Part shown: piece by piece, positions 30,498 through 38,960 of the stretch | How the letters are laid out: each line of letters starts with the position of its first letter | Position numbering within the stretch: the stretch's first letter is position 1 | Origin: a virus | Virus record (IMG/VR): IMGVR_UViG_3300028844_006431 | Coordinates: 20,111 to 84,110 of that record | Length of the DNA: 64,000 bases | Strand: one strand, 5' to 3' | Program-made: the position numbers and the translations under genes | The notes under the pieces: generated by a model | The model's database searches: none | Seen by the model: the letters and a program-made list of their open reading frames with translations, nothing else | What the model was told of the DNA's origin: nothing

Positions 30498-32975
30498 ATG
30501 TCTAGAAAAAATTATTTTTCAAATCGCATATCAATCAATCAAATTAAAGATGATTTAGGTATTATAGGTGATCCAAGCAGGGCTGCTTTAGAAAAACCTG
30601 GTATTCAAAGACTGAATAATTCAGCGATTCGTATAGTAAACAAGAGAGAATTTTCAGCATTTCGAGATTCTTTTATAACAACTGAAACTGCTTTTGATAC
30701 TTTCAACCAAAAAAAGACAACATCTTCAACTAAAACTTTGCACTATCGTGATCCAGTTTCAAACGCTCACGCACCAGAACCTTATAGTTGTTTTGATGGT
30801 CCTGACAAACCAACAAAAGGGCAAATTGTAGTTATTGAAAATCCTTATTATAAAGGTCAACTTGATGGTGATATACGAATTACAGATGGAGGTAAAAGTT
30901 TTTCCGGTGTAACATTCCCACCAACTGGAACTTTGGGATATTTTGCTTATGATGATAAAACACCAGACGGTTGGCTTGAATGTAATGGACAACCTGTTTT
31001 GTATCGTAAGAGATTAGGTCAAGGATATGTTGATACTGAATATACAAGATTATATGAAATTTTATATTCTTGGGGAATATTCACTGATTATACAGATATT
31101 ACACCAGATGCTACCTACGGTAAAGTTTTTCGAGCACCAAACTTAACAGGTTTCTTTGTTCGTGGTCTCAATGTAACAAGCACAGGCCTTGAAGATAATA
31201 GCAGTCTTCAAAGAAAACCTTTTGACCGAACAATCAACATTGATGTAGTTGATCATGAGCATACTGGATACAATCCTTATAATCGTCCTGAAAAAATTAC
31301 AAAAGTTTGGTTTCGAAGACCAAATTATACTCCACATCGTTCAGGTGAGTTGGGTCAGTGGGAAGATACATCAAGCCCGCCTCCAGATCCGGGTAGAGGT
31401 TACAGAAATCAAAATGGTTACAGACATCATAGGCGAGATGTTCATACCGCAAGATATGACAGTAATTCAGGTAATAAAATAGCTTATCAAGGTGATGGCG
31501 CTCAAGGAAGATACTGGTATCCAACACCTTCAACAGGATATGAAGTTTATTTCTTTGGCCGAGGTGGTGGAAAATTTTCTCTTTATGGAGAAACAAATCC
31601 ATATAGTTATGGTTGGGGCTATGATAAGTTATATTGGGATGATTATATGCTTGTTAATTATAAGTACTATAGAGGCGCTCCTAAAGGTTTGTGGATGTGG
31701 CATCACGATATTTGGCATCGCCATTCTAACTCAAATAGTCCATGGACTCATGGCTACATGAAAGTTTTTTATGCCAATGAAAAAAGCGCACATCCTTACG
31801 AAGGCGAAGGGGACGCAACTAAGGGACGCATCGATTACCAAACTTATGTTGAAGATTGGTCTCATGGAAATGATAATGGTACTTATCATCATGGAAATGC
31901 TGAAATGATGTGGGATGATTTATATGATTATAGTAACTTTGTTATAAATCTTGAGGTGGATAATCAAAACGCTGCTCAAACCACTGGCTGGTATAAAAAA
32001 TCATTTTCAAATGTTGGCCAATATTGTGACCATGCGCCTGATTATTTAATAGAAAACAAGCAAACGGTGTATCAACAAAATGTAGTTCTTCGTCAAAATA
32101 CTGGAAGACGATATGGAATATGGTGTGGTAAATATGCTAATCAATCATATTATTATAATTGGCAACGAGGTAGCGATTGGCACGATGAAGGTGTGACAGT
32201 TGGTGATGGTGCTGATAGTACTGGTAGATCGAATAGTCATATTTATTATCCAAATGCAAGTGTAGTTCGTAGAAAACATGAAAATGAACCCCCAACTGGG
32301 CCATATGGTACAGCTACAAGTTATAATGATAGCCAAGATGAATCAAAAAATAATTTTCGAAGAAATCCATGGATTTGGGGTTTTGACCGCCATTATCATA
32401 ATAATATTATGACATATTATCGTAGTACTTGGTTTCCAGATCCTGATCCAGCCTTAGGGTATTCTGGTTGGCAGTTTCCACAACATTCTGACCATACACG
32501 ATGTAATATTGATAAATTGACTTTAAGAAATGAGATTGGATGGAGGGCACTGAACAAAGATCGTTATGTTTATGATTCAAGCCGAGATGAAATTGATTAT
32601 TTTTATTGGTCAAATGAAGGTGGTGTTGTTTGGAAAGAAAGAGGTAGTAACAGTAGAAATGATGATTTAAAATCGATATATATGCAGGCTGGTCATAGTG
32701 GTATTACACGTCGAAGGTATATGGCAAAAAATGATACATACACTCCGCATAACGATCACTGGTGGGTATCTTTTTGTTACATAACAAAACCTTCTGTTGA
32801 TAGTTCTGGTAATGTTGAGGAGGCTCTACTAAATACAGGTGATAATGGAGCAAAAACTTCTTTAGCCGGAGATCACAATCATCTTGCTTTTGGTCATGAA
32901 GATAGTGTATTTTACCAAGGTCAAGAAGAAACAAGACCGCATAATGTGGCATTGAGAATGTTTATTAAGTATTGA
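30498..32975 (+). CDS. Tail fibre with collar domain, paralog 3
   Basis: PTGTLGYFA..PDGWLECNG, FRAPNLTGFFVRG, HEH...HNH, ETRPHNVALRMFIKY. Confidence 0.87.
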   Translation: MSRKNYFSNRISINQIKDDLGIIGDPSRAALEKPGIQRLNNSAIRIVNKREFSAFRDSFITTETAFDTFNQKKTTSSTKTLHYRDPVSNAHAPEPYSCFDGPDKPTKGQIVVIENPYYKGQLDGDIRITDGGKSFSGVTFPPTGTLGYFAYDDKTPDGWLECNGQPVLYRKRLGQGYVDTEYTRLYEILYSWGIFTDYTDITPDATYGKVFRAPNLTGFFVRGLNVTSTGLEDNSSLQRKPFDRTINIDVVDHEHTGYNPYNRPEKITKVWFRRPNYTPHRSGELGQWEDTSSPPPDPGRGYRNQNGYRHHRRDVHTARYDSNSGNKIAYQGDGAQGRYWYPTPSTGYEVYFFGRGGGKFSLYGETNPYSYGWGYDKLYWDDYMLVNYKYYRGAPKGLWMWHHDIWHRHSNSNSPWTHGYMKVFYANEKSAHPYEGEGDATKGRIDYQTYVEDWSHGNDNGTYHHGNAEMMWDDLYDYSNFVINLEVDNQNAAQTTGWYKKSFSNVGQYCDHAPDYLIENKQTVYQQNVVLRQNTGRRYGIWCGKYANQSYYYNWQRGSDWHDEGVTVGDGADSTGRSNSHIYYPNASVVRRKHENEPPTGPYGTATSYNDSQDESKNNFRRNPWIWGFDRHYHNNIMTYYRSTWFPDPDPALGYSGWQFPQHSDHTRCNIDKLTLRNEIGWRALNKDRYVYDSSRDEIDYFYWSNEGGVVWKERGSNSRNDDLKSIYMQAGHSGITRRRYMAKNDTYTPHNDHWWVSFCYITKPSVDSSGNVEEALLNTGDNGAKTSLAGDHNHLAFGHEDSVFYQGQEETRPHNVALRMFIKY

Positions 32976-32985
32976 AAGGATTTTT

Positions 32986-33579
32986 ATGGCGAATTTAAAA
33001 AAATATAAAGATGTATGTGTAGTTGATGAAGATAATATTTTTGTTTCAATAGCAAGAGCATATTTAGATCCCAAAGATCCAACTCGTTATTTGGTTGGTG
33101 ACTCAAGTTTAGATGTTGAACCTCCTCTTGTTGATAAGCTTCAAAAACATCTTGCTAAATGGGATAACGAAGAAAAACGTTGGAAATATATATTGCGACA
33201 TGAATATGAAACGAATCCAGAAGCAGAAGAAAAATTTGAAGAACCTCCTCAAGCACCAATTGAAGGTTTTACTGAAGAGTCTGCTGAAACAGAAGCAATG
33301 GATATTTTATATTTTATTCGAGAAAATCGATTGAAAGATACAGATCCTTTTGTTCTTGTAGCCTATGAAAAGGGGACTGAAGTACCTAAATATATTCAAG
33401 AATATCGTCAAAAGCTAAGAGATATACCAAATAAAATTCGTGAAGGTAAATTTGAAAAGCCTGTTCTTTCTGATGTTTATAAAACAACTTCAGAAAATGT
33501 GAGAAGAACAAAAGCAACTGATTTGATTGTATTCAATCATTGGCCGAAAACTCCAGACAAAATTACACATGGACTCTAA
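32986..33579 (+). CDS. Tail fibre assembly chaperone (Tfa-like)
   Basis: Follows the fibre genes. PP...W..RW and REN.LKDTD...YRQKLRDIP. Confidence 0.75.
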   Translation: MANLKKYKDVCVVDEDNIFVSIARAYLDPKDPTRYLVGDSSLDVEPPLVDKLQKHLAKWDNEEKRWKYILRHEYETNPEAEEKFEEPPQAPIEGFTEESAETEAMDILYFIRENRLKDTDPFVLVAYEKGTEVPKYIQEYRQKLRDIPNKIREGKFEKPVLSDVYKTTSENVRRTKATDLIVFNHWPKTPDKITHGL

Positions 33580-34345
33580 TAAAAAATATTGTGTCATTGA
33601 TGAAAAAAATAAATTTGTAAAAGTTCTTGAAACAGACAGTGCTAATTATAACACAGTGTATGCTGTTCCACCATTTCTTCGAGCAAATGGGGAAGCTTTT
33701 TGGAAAAATCCAGGTTGGTCTATTAAAGTAAATCGTTCTGATCAAAAAAATCGTATTGCTCTATCTGAAGAAAAAGAAACAGCAATAAGAAATATCACAG
33801 AAATGACTGTGAAGAATAGAAAAATGAGCTATGTTGATTTTCTTATTGAACGACTTGAAAAAAGAATGGAACAGTATGATGAAATGGTGATTTTTTATTA
33901 TGAAAAAAGAAAATTACCAGAACAATTTACAGGTTATAAAAAGAAACTTCAAGATGCATTGAATAGAGTAAAAGAAAATTATCTAAATTTTGAATTTTAT
34001 TTTTTATATAAAGGTGACCAAAATCAGTCATTTTCTGAAACAGAAGAAAAAGAAACTATAAAAGTAATGATGGAGAATATTATTACTTCAAATGAAGAAG
34101 AATCAACTGATAGTGGTTTAACAGTACCACCAGGTGCTTTAGATAATATTCCTGAAGAATTAGAAATAAAATATACATTTGATTTGATTACGCAAAAGTT
34201 ATTTACTGATTATACATTTGACTTAAAGAGAATGTTTCCTGATTTACTTGAAGAAGAGTTAAATTATCCCCTTGAGCTAAATTATTTTGTAGATACCGTT
34301 TCAGATATTATAAAAGAAGAAGAAGCTGCTGCACTAAATCAATGA
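33569..34345 (+). CDS. Second, divergent fibre-assembly chaperone-like protein
   Basis: ATG at 33569. CVIDE.N.FV..PP..W and YKKKLQD parallel the upstream gene (CVVDE.N.FV, YRQKLRD). Confidence 0.6.
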   Translation: MDSNKKYCVIDEKNKFVKVLETDSANYNTVYAVPPFLRANGEAFWKNPGWSIKVNRSDQKNRIALSEEKETAIRNITEMTVKNRKMSYVDFLIERLEKRMEQYDEMVIFYYEKRKLPEQFTGYKKKLQDALNRVKENYLNFEFYFLYKGDQNQSFSETEEKETIKVMMENIITSNEEESTDSGLTVPPGALDNIPEELEIKYTFDLITQKLFTDYTFDLKRMFPDLLEEELNYPLELNYFVDTVSDIIKEEEAAALNQ

Positions 34346-34500
34346 AAGAAGTACCAGAATCACTCAAGCTTGAGTTCACTATGGCAATTCGAGAATTACA
34401 AGATGAAATTAAAAAACAACAAGAACGAAAAATGATTCAACAGGCAATTGAAGAATCTTTTTCAGAAGATAAAAAATGGAAGAAGTTCCAGACGAATTAG
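34342..34500 (+). CDS. Small 52-aa helical hypothetical protein
   Basis: MKEVPESLKLEFTMAIRELQDEIKKQQ..., with an ATGA overlap on the upstream stop. Confidence 0.55.
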   Translation: MKEVPESLKLEFTMAIRELQDEIKKQQERKMIQQAIEESFSEDKKWKKFQTN

Positions 34501-34583
34501 ATTCAGGGGACTTAGATTTTCTTTTCCGCCTCGTTGTTGAGGCTCGTAAAAATAAAGATCGGCACAAGAAAAAAAATACTTGA
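34476..34583 (+). CDS. Possible 35-aa peptide
   Basis: MEEVPDELDSGDLDFLFRLVVEARKNKDRHKKKNT*. It fills the gap up to the hsp20 promoter. Confidence 0.35.
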   Translation: MEEVPDELDSGDLDFLFRLVVEARKNKDRHKKKNT

Positions 34584-34608
34584 CAATTTACTCGAAGTAT
34601 GCTATATA
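34580..34608 (+). promoter_or_regulatory. Sigma70 promoter of hsp20
   Basis: TTGACA-17bp-TATATA with an extended -10 TG. Confidence 0.75.
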
Positions 34609-34611
34609 TTA

Positions 34612-34698
34612 ATGCAGTGTGAATGGTTCGCACTGCATCAGCAATTGCTCGATTGAGGATTGCGTCTGACTAACCTTGCTTATTTAGGAGGCAATATG
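34612..34698 (+). ncRNA. ROSE-like RNA thermometer in the hsp20 5' UTR
   Basis: Three hairpins. The last, CCUUGCU-UAUUU-AGGAGG, pairs the U(U/C)GCU motif with the Shine-Dalgarno and leaves a bulged G. Confidence 0.72.
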
Positions 34699-35187
34699 TT
34701 TATTACAAATATATCTACCAATGAATTTGACCGTTTTCTACGTCATTCAATTAATGTATTTGACCACTTAGATGAAGTGTTTCGAGAATCTCGTTTCTCG
34801 AGCAACGTGACTTCAACGTTTCCCCCTCACAATATTCGCCAAAAAGATAATTCGTATCTGATTGAAATGGCTGTTGCTGGTTTCTCAAAAGATGAAATCA
34901 CAATCACAAAAGAAAAAGATTATTTACATGTGGAAGGAAAGAAAGCTGAAGATGAAAAGAACGATGAGTATCTAACTTATCGTGGCATCGCTTCACGTTC
35001 TTTTAAAAAGTCTTTTGTGTTAGGCAAAAACATGAAAGTCTTGGCTGCTGATGTGAAGGATGGATTGTTGTTTATTGGTCTTGAGAAGGAAGTTCCTGAA
35101 AAAGATAAACCTGAGACAATTGAAATCGGATCAGATGAAAATATATTGTCAAATATTGTTTCGAGTGTCAAGAAATTGGCCGCATAA
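34696..35187 (+). CDS. hsp20: Small heat-shock protein Hsp20 (IbpA-like)
   Basis: FPPHNI, IEMAVAGF, YRGIASRSF, DGLL.I.L. Start is the ATG at 34696 after AGGAGG. Confidence 0.95.
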   Translation: MFITNISTNEFDRFLRHSINVFDHLDEVFRESRFSSNVTSTFPPHNIRQKDNSYLIEMAVAGFSKDEITITKEKDYLHVEGKKAEDEKNDEYLTYRGIASRSFKKSFVLGKNMKVLAADVKDGLLFIGLEKEVPEKDKPETIEIGSDENILSNIVSSVKKLAA

Positions 35188-35197
35188 TATGAAGGAC

Positions 35198-35224
35198 GAG
35201 GTGACCAACAGGTCACCTCATTTT
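35198..35224 (+). terminator. Hairpin / intrinsic terminator after hsp20
   Basis: GAGGTGACC-AACA-GGTCACCTC followed by ATTTT. Confidence 0.65.
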
Positions 35225-35225
35225 A

Positions 35226-35240
35226 AACACACACACCACA
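35226..35240 (+). repeat. CA-rich leader motif AACACACACACCACA, copy 1
   Basis: Runs into the AGGAG RBS of 35249. Identical copy at 35560-35574. Confidence 0.85.
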
Positions 35241-35248
35241 GGAGAAAT

Positions 35249-35449
35249 ATGTCTTACTTCGATCTACATACCACCTTTCGGTCCACCCGCTACCAAGAAA
35301 TGCAAACTTATTTTAAGAATGAATATAAGCTTGACCACGAATGGGCTTTTAACAATTGGCTTGAATCAAAAACTGAAGCCAAAAAAAAAGTTTTTTCGCA
35401 TATTGCTGCGATCTTTGGAGTCTTGCTTTTCCTACGGAGCAACAGCTAA
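35249..35449 (+). CDS. Small hypothetical protein (66 aa in the zero frame); N-terminal half of a probable frameshifted gene
   Basis: AGGAG RBS, ATG 35249, MSYFDLHTTF.... A9 run at 35381-35389. Confidence 0.7.
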   Translation: MSYFDLHTTFRSTRYQEMQTYFKNEYKLDHEWAFNNWLESKTEAKKKVFSHIAAIFGVLLFLRSNS

Positions 35450-35556
35450 AAGAAAAATATTTAAGTCAGGCGACTGACCTTGTGGATCTTGAACATCGTT
35501 TAGAAAACTGGGATCGACGAAGTAGTCGCCAGAATAATTCAGGCGTAACATATTAA
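35377..35556 (+). CDS. DUF3563-like domain in the -1 frame, with no start codon of its own
   Basis: SQKKSFFAYCCDLWSLAFPTEQQLKEKYLSQATDLVDLEHRLENWDRR...; bounded upstream by TGA at 35374-35376. Confidence 0.65.
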   Translation, partial: SQKKSFFAYCCDLWSLAFPTEQQLKEKYLSQATDLVDLEHRLENWDRRSSRQNNSGVTY

Positions 35557-35559
35557 TAT

Positions 35560-35574
35560 AACACACACACCACA
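35560..35574 (+). repeat. CA-rich leader motif AACACACACACCACA, copy 2
   Basis: Directly before the AAGGT RBS of 35585. Confidence 0.85.
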
Positions 35575-35584
35575 AAAGGTAATT

Positions 35585-35863
35585 ATGGCTGATGGTAAAA
35601 ATCCATATCAAATTCGTCAAGAACTTCTGAATCAAGCACAATCGTTTGTTGAGAATGCGTATCAAATGCAACAATCTGTCATTGAACGAAATTTTCAACT
35701 TGCTGAAATGATGATGAAAACAAATGAAGCAGCAGGAGTGTCCTTGTTCAAAGCAACAACAGATAACTTAGAGAAATACTGTAAAGGTTATCCTGGTGTT
35801 GATGCTGTTGTTGAAGCAGCACGTGAGATGCAAAATTTTGTGGATAATAAATCAAAACAGTGA
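35585..35863 (+). CDS. Conserved phage hypothetical protein (KNPY.IR.ELL..A family)
   Basis: KNPYQIRQELLNQAQ...YPGVDAVVEAAREMQNFVD. Confidence 0.75.
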   Translation: MADGKNPYQIRQELLNQAQSFVENAYQMQQSVIERNFQLAEMMMKTNEAAGVSLFKATTDNLEKYCKGYPGVDAVVEAAREMQNFVDNKSKQ

Positions 35864-35868
35864 TTTAT

Positions 35869-35914
35869 TTGCTCCTAAATATTAAGGTCAATAATCTTCA
35901 GTATTTAGGAGCAA
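35869..35914 (+). promoter_or_regulatory. RBS-sequestering hairpin containing a late-promoter-like CTAAATA
   Basis: TTGCTCCTAAATAT...GTATTTAGGAGCAA, a 14-bp stem. The AGGAG of the resolvase gene lies in the 3' arm. Confidence 0.75.
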
Positions 35915-35915
35915 C

Positions 35916-36494
35916 ATGTTACACATTGGCGTTGATTTTTCCATCACAAGTCCTTGCGTTTGTTTTTGGAATACAAACAAAGAACATCTCTTTGAAAACT
36001 GTGACTTCTTTTTTCTAAAATCTCACAGCAAACAAAACGATTACCCATCAAATATTTCATTCGCAGATTCTTCATTTTCGAAAGACAACTCAATTCGTTT
36101 TTCTGAAAATGCTCAGGTTCTTAGGACTGAAATTAAAAAAAGACTTGACTCTTCACGCCATTATGCTATAATGATGGAAGGCTATTCAATGGGAGCAAAG
36201 GGTAGACTTTTTGACATCGGTGAAGCCACAGGAATTTTCAAGTATTTTCTTTCGCAAGAAAAAATTAACCCAATTATAATAGCACCTTCAGTGATTAAAA
36301 AGATTGCTACAGGAAAAGGTAATGCGAATAAACATCAAATGCTTGAAAAATTTTTAGAAATAAATAATAGTTTACTCGAATCACAATGGGTAAAAAATCT
36401 TATTACGGAAAAGCGTTTACAATCTCCGTTGACCGATATTGTAGACGCTTTTTTTATTGCTAACTCATTCACGGTTTCATATGATCAAGGCTAA
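35916..36494 (+). CDS. ruvC: RuvC-like Holliday junction resolvase
   Basis: IGVDFSITSP, MEGYS, P..IKK.ATGKGNANK, DIVDAF. Confidence 0.85.
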   Translation: MLHIGVDFSITSPCVCFWNTNKEHLFENCDFFFLKSHSKQNDYPSNISFADSSFSKDNSIRFSENAQVLRTEIKKRLDSSRHYAIMMEGYSMGAKGRLFDIGEATGIFKYFLSQEKINPIIIAPSVIKKIATGKGNANKHQMLEKFLEINNSLLESQWVKNLITEKRLQSPLTDIVDAFFIANSFTVSYDQG

Positions 36495-37395
36495 TATAGT
36501 TCAAGATAGTAGTCTTCCTACAGGAGAAAGATTATTGACATACAATCTCCGATATGGTAGACTTATTCATAGTGAACTTTTGCGGCATCGAGCAGCATCC
36601 CATTCAGTCAAAAGTTCAAGAGCAATTCCCACCAAGAAATATCGCAAAGAAGTTGAAAGCGATCCTTACATTCCAGTCAAATTTGGAACAAATCAGAAAG
36701 GTATGCAAGCTGGTAAACAAACAGCAGCCAGTGTAGCCTATGGTACTAAAATCTGGAAACTTTCAGCTAAGTTTGCTTGTATGGCACATTCACTCATGGA
36801 GTATGTGAATGTTCACAAAGAAGTTGCGAATCGTATTTTAGAACCTTATGTATGGGTTGAAGAAACATTGACAGTTGAATTTGACGCACTTCAACAAATT
36901 GCAGAGCTTCGTATTCATGATGATGCTCAAGAAGATATTCGTGCGATTGTTGAAGAAATGATTTATGAGGCAGAACAACATAAAGAGAGCAGTGTGATTC
37001 TTGAAGAAAATCAATGGCATGTGCCATATGTTATTCGTCAAGTGAATGGTAATATGATTTATAAAGATAATGATGGTAAAAACCTTACACTGGATGAAGC
37101 AATCATTTGTTCAGCTGCAAGGTGTGCGAGAAGTTCTTATGCAAATCATGATAATTCAACAACTACATATGATAATGATACAAAACTTGCTGATCGATTG
37201 ATTGGTTCTGAACCAATGCACTTGTCACCCTTTGAGCATCAAGCAAGAGCATTTATCAGTCAACAAGAACGTTATGAATTTGGCTCAAATTTTCGTCATT
37301 TCTTTCAACAACGAAAGGCAATTGAGAGACAATATGCATCTACAAATCAAACCTCTGAAACCTTTGAAGAAGAAAACCTTCAGAAAGCTAGTTGA
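36481..37395 (+). CDS. thyX: Flavin-dependent thymidylate synthase
   Basis: ELLRHRAASHSVKSSRAIP (RHRx7S), HKEVANRILEP, SAARCARSSY, HLSPFEH. Confidence 0.88.
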   Translation: MIKANIVQDSSLPTGERLLTYNLRYGRLIHSELLRHRAASHSVKSSRAIPTKKYRKEVESDPYIPVKFGTNQKGMQAGKQTAASVAYGTKIWKLSAKFACMAHSLMEYVNVHKEVANRILEPYVWVEETLTVEFDALQQIAELRIHDDAQEDIRAIVEEMIYEAEQHKESSVILEENQWHVPYVIRQVNGNMIYKDNDGKNLTLDEAIICSAARCARSSYANHDNSTTTYDNDTKLADRLIGSEPMHLSPFEHQARAFISQQERYEFGSNFRHFFQQRKAIERQYASTNQTSETFEEENLQKAS

Positions 37396-38668
37396 AGAGA
37401 ACTGGAGAAGTCCGAACAAAGCAATTCTTCAGCATATCGAAGATACAGCAGATCGAAAAGGCTATCCAAACATACCGAATTGGCTTGACTTCACTCAGGG
37501 AAAGAATGAAGTCGAAGTCTATTCGACATTGATGAATTATATTCTAACAAAACAACTTCCTCTACCAAGTTCAAGAGGAACGGAAGAGGAAGCTCAAAAG
37601 GCTTTTCACAAATATAAGTATAAAACATTTTCACCTTTTGTTCATTCGAATGATATTGATCGAGAACTCACACATCGCTTGACTGAAAGTTTGAAATATA
37701 AACATGACTATTGTGATGAGTATACATTAGGTTATTTTCCTCAATATACTCGAGCAAATCCTATTTCAAACTATTTTGCTGAAGGCGAGAGATTGTTATG
37801 TGAAGTGATCAATAAAGAATCACCAACTTTTCTCTGGACAGAAGAGCATGGTGTTTCTCGTTTGATGGACACAATGAGAAGAATCGGTGTGAAAAAATTG
37901 AATGAAGCAGCCTTCAAAAGTTTCTTTGCTCATGCGGGTCAAATTGCTGCTCAATTTAATGTGAACACGGCAAAGAACATTTATAACACCGCAAAGGGAG
38001 ACGTCATCTTTGACATCTCTTGTGGATGGGGTGATCGATTGACAGGCTTCTATCTCTCAGAGAAAAGCACATATTATGGCACTGATCCAAATCTAAATAT
38101 GTTTGAGATTTATAAAGAGATGTGTCACACATATGAAAAATGGTTAGGTTGTGAAAGTATCCTTTATAAGGAAGGAAAAGATTATTTTGAAATTCATGGT
38201 AAGAAACATGTTCGTATCTACAATCTTCCCGCTGAAGATGTGAACTACGATGAAATACCAGATATTGATTTGACATTTTCATCTCCGCCATATTTTAATA
38301 AAGAACTTTACGGCAAGAATTCAAAGGCGCAAAAGAATCAATCATGGAGCAGATATGTCACAGAGGATGCCTGGCTCACAGATTTTCTTTATAAGATTAT
38401 GGATGAACTCATACCTAAATCAAGAACAACAATGATCAATATCACTGATGTAGGTATTGATAAGAACCGAGTAAACATTTGTGATCCAATGGTAGAACGA
38501 TACAAAGATTCTTTTGTTGGTATCGCAGGATTTCAACTTTCAAAAAACATGAATGTCAAAGAAGAGAAAGATTTATTCCGAAAAGATACAATTTATACAG
38601 AACCTATCTGGACATTCGGTGAACCTTTAGTTGAAAAAAATCGTGCTAAACTTTTAGACTTATTTTGA
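37334..38668 (+). CDS. DNA amino-methyltransferase (N4-C or N6-A)
   Basis: SAM motif FDISCGWGDRL, Y.GTDPN, catalytic SSPPYF..E.Y. Probable ATG at 37334. Confidence 0.85.
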   Translation: MHLQIKPLKPLKKKTFRKLVEENWRSPNKAILQHIEDTADRKGYPNIPNWLDFTQGKNEVEVYSTLMNYILTKQLPLPSSRGTEEEAQKAFHKYKYKTFSPFVHSNDIDRELTHRLTESLKYKHDYCDEYTLGYFPQYTRANPISNYFAEGERLLCEVINKESPTFLWTEEHGVSRLMDTMRRIGVKKLNEAAFKSFFAHAGQIAAQFNVNTAKNIYNTAKGDVIFDISCGWGDRLTGFYLSEKSTYYGTDPNLNMFEIYKEMCHTYEKWLGCESILYKEGKDYFEIHGKKHVRIYNLPAEDVNYDEIPDIDLTFSSPPYFNKELYGKNSKAQKNQSWSRYVTEDAWLTDFLYKIMDELIPKSRTTMINITDVGIDKNRVNICDPMVERYKDSFVGIAGFQLSKNMNVKEEKDLFRKDTIYTEPIWTFGEPLVEKNRAKLLDLF

Positions 38669-38674
38669 GGAATT

Positions 38675-38959
38675 ATGGCATTACACCGCATCACTGCTAT
38701 CTTTGATAAAGATAAAGTATTTGAAAAGATGATCAATTTAGATTATCTAATTTCAATTGAACCTTATGCTGAAAAGAATAGTTGTTACTTAAAGTTTGTA
38801 ACAACAACAGAAGACTTTAGTTTTGTTTATAATAACATGGAAGACATGAAAAAAGATTATGACAAAATTCACGAAAGCATGTCAGACCAATTTAACTCAA
38901 CACAAACAGTAATTGACGGATGTGTAGATATTCAAACATCTCAACTACTTACGGGGTAA
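38675..38959 (+). CDS. Hypothetical protein (94 aa)
   Basis: GAGG RBS; packed in the operon. Confidence 0.65.
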   Translation: MALHRITAIFDKDKVFEKMINLDYLISIEPYAEKNSCYLKFVTTTEDFSFVYNNMEDMKKDYDKIHESMSDQFNSTQTVIDGCVDIQTSQLLTG

Positions 38960-38960
38960 T

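Noticed and set aside
27159-32975. Diversity-generating retroelement acting on the fibre genes
   Set aside because: No reverse transcriptase and no TR/VR near-duplicate was seen in the window. The Mtd_N-like motif alone is not evidence.
34342-34583. Two mini-ORFs with similar starts (MKEVPE / MEEVPD) as a duplicated family
   Set aside because: The similarity is limited to six residues and the second ORF is doubtful.
35226-35574. CA repeats as a CRISPR mini-array or a microsatellite
   Set aside because: Only two 15-nt copies, 334 bp apart, each tied to an RBS.
35916-36494. RuvC domain as a TnpB/Cas12 or transposase
   Set aside because: It is a 192-aa stand-alone resolvase with no zinc finger, CRISPR array or associated ncRNA.
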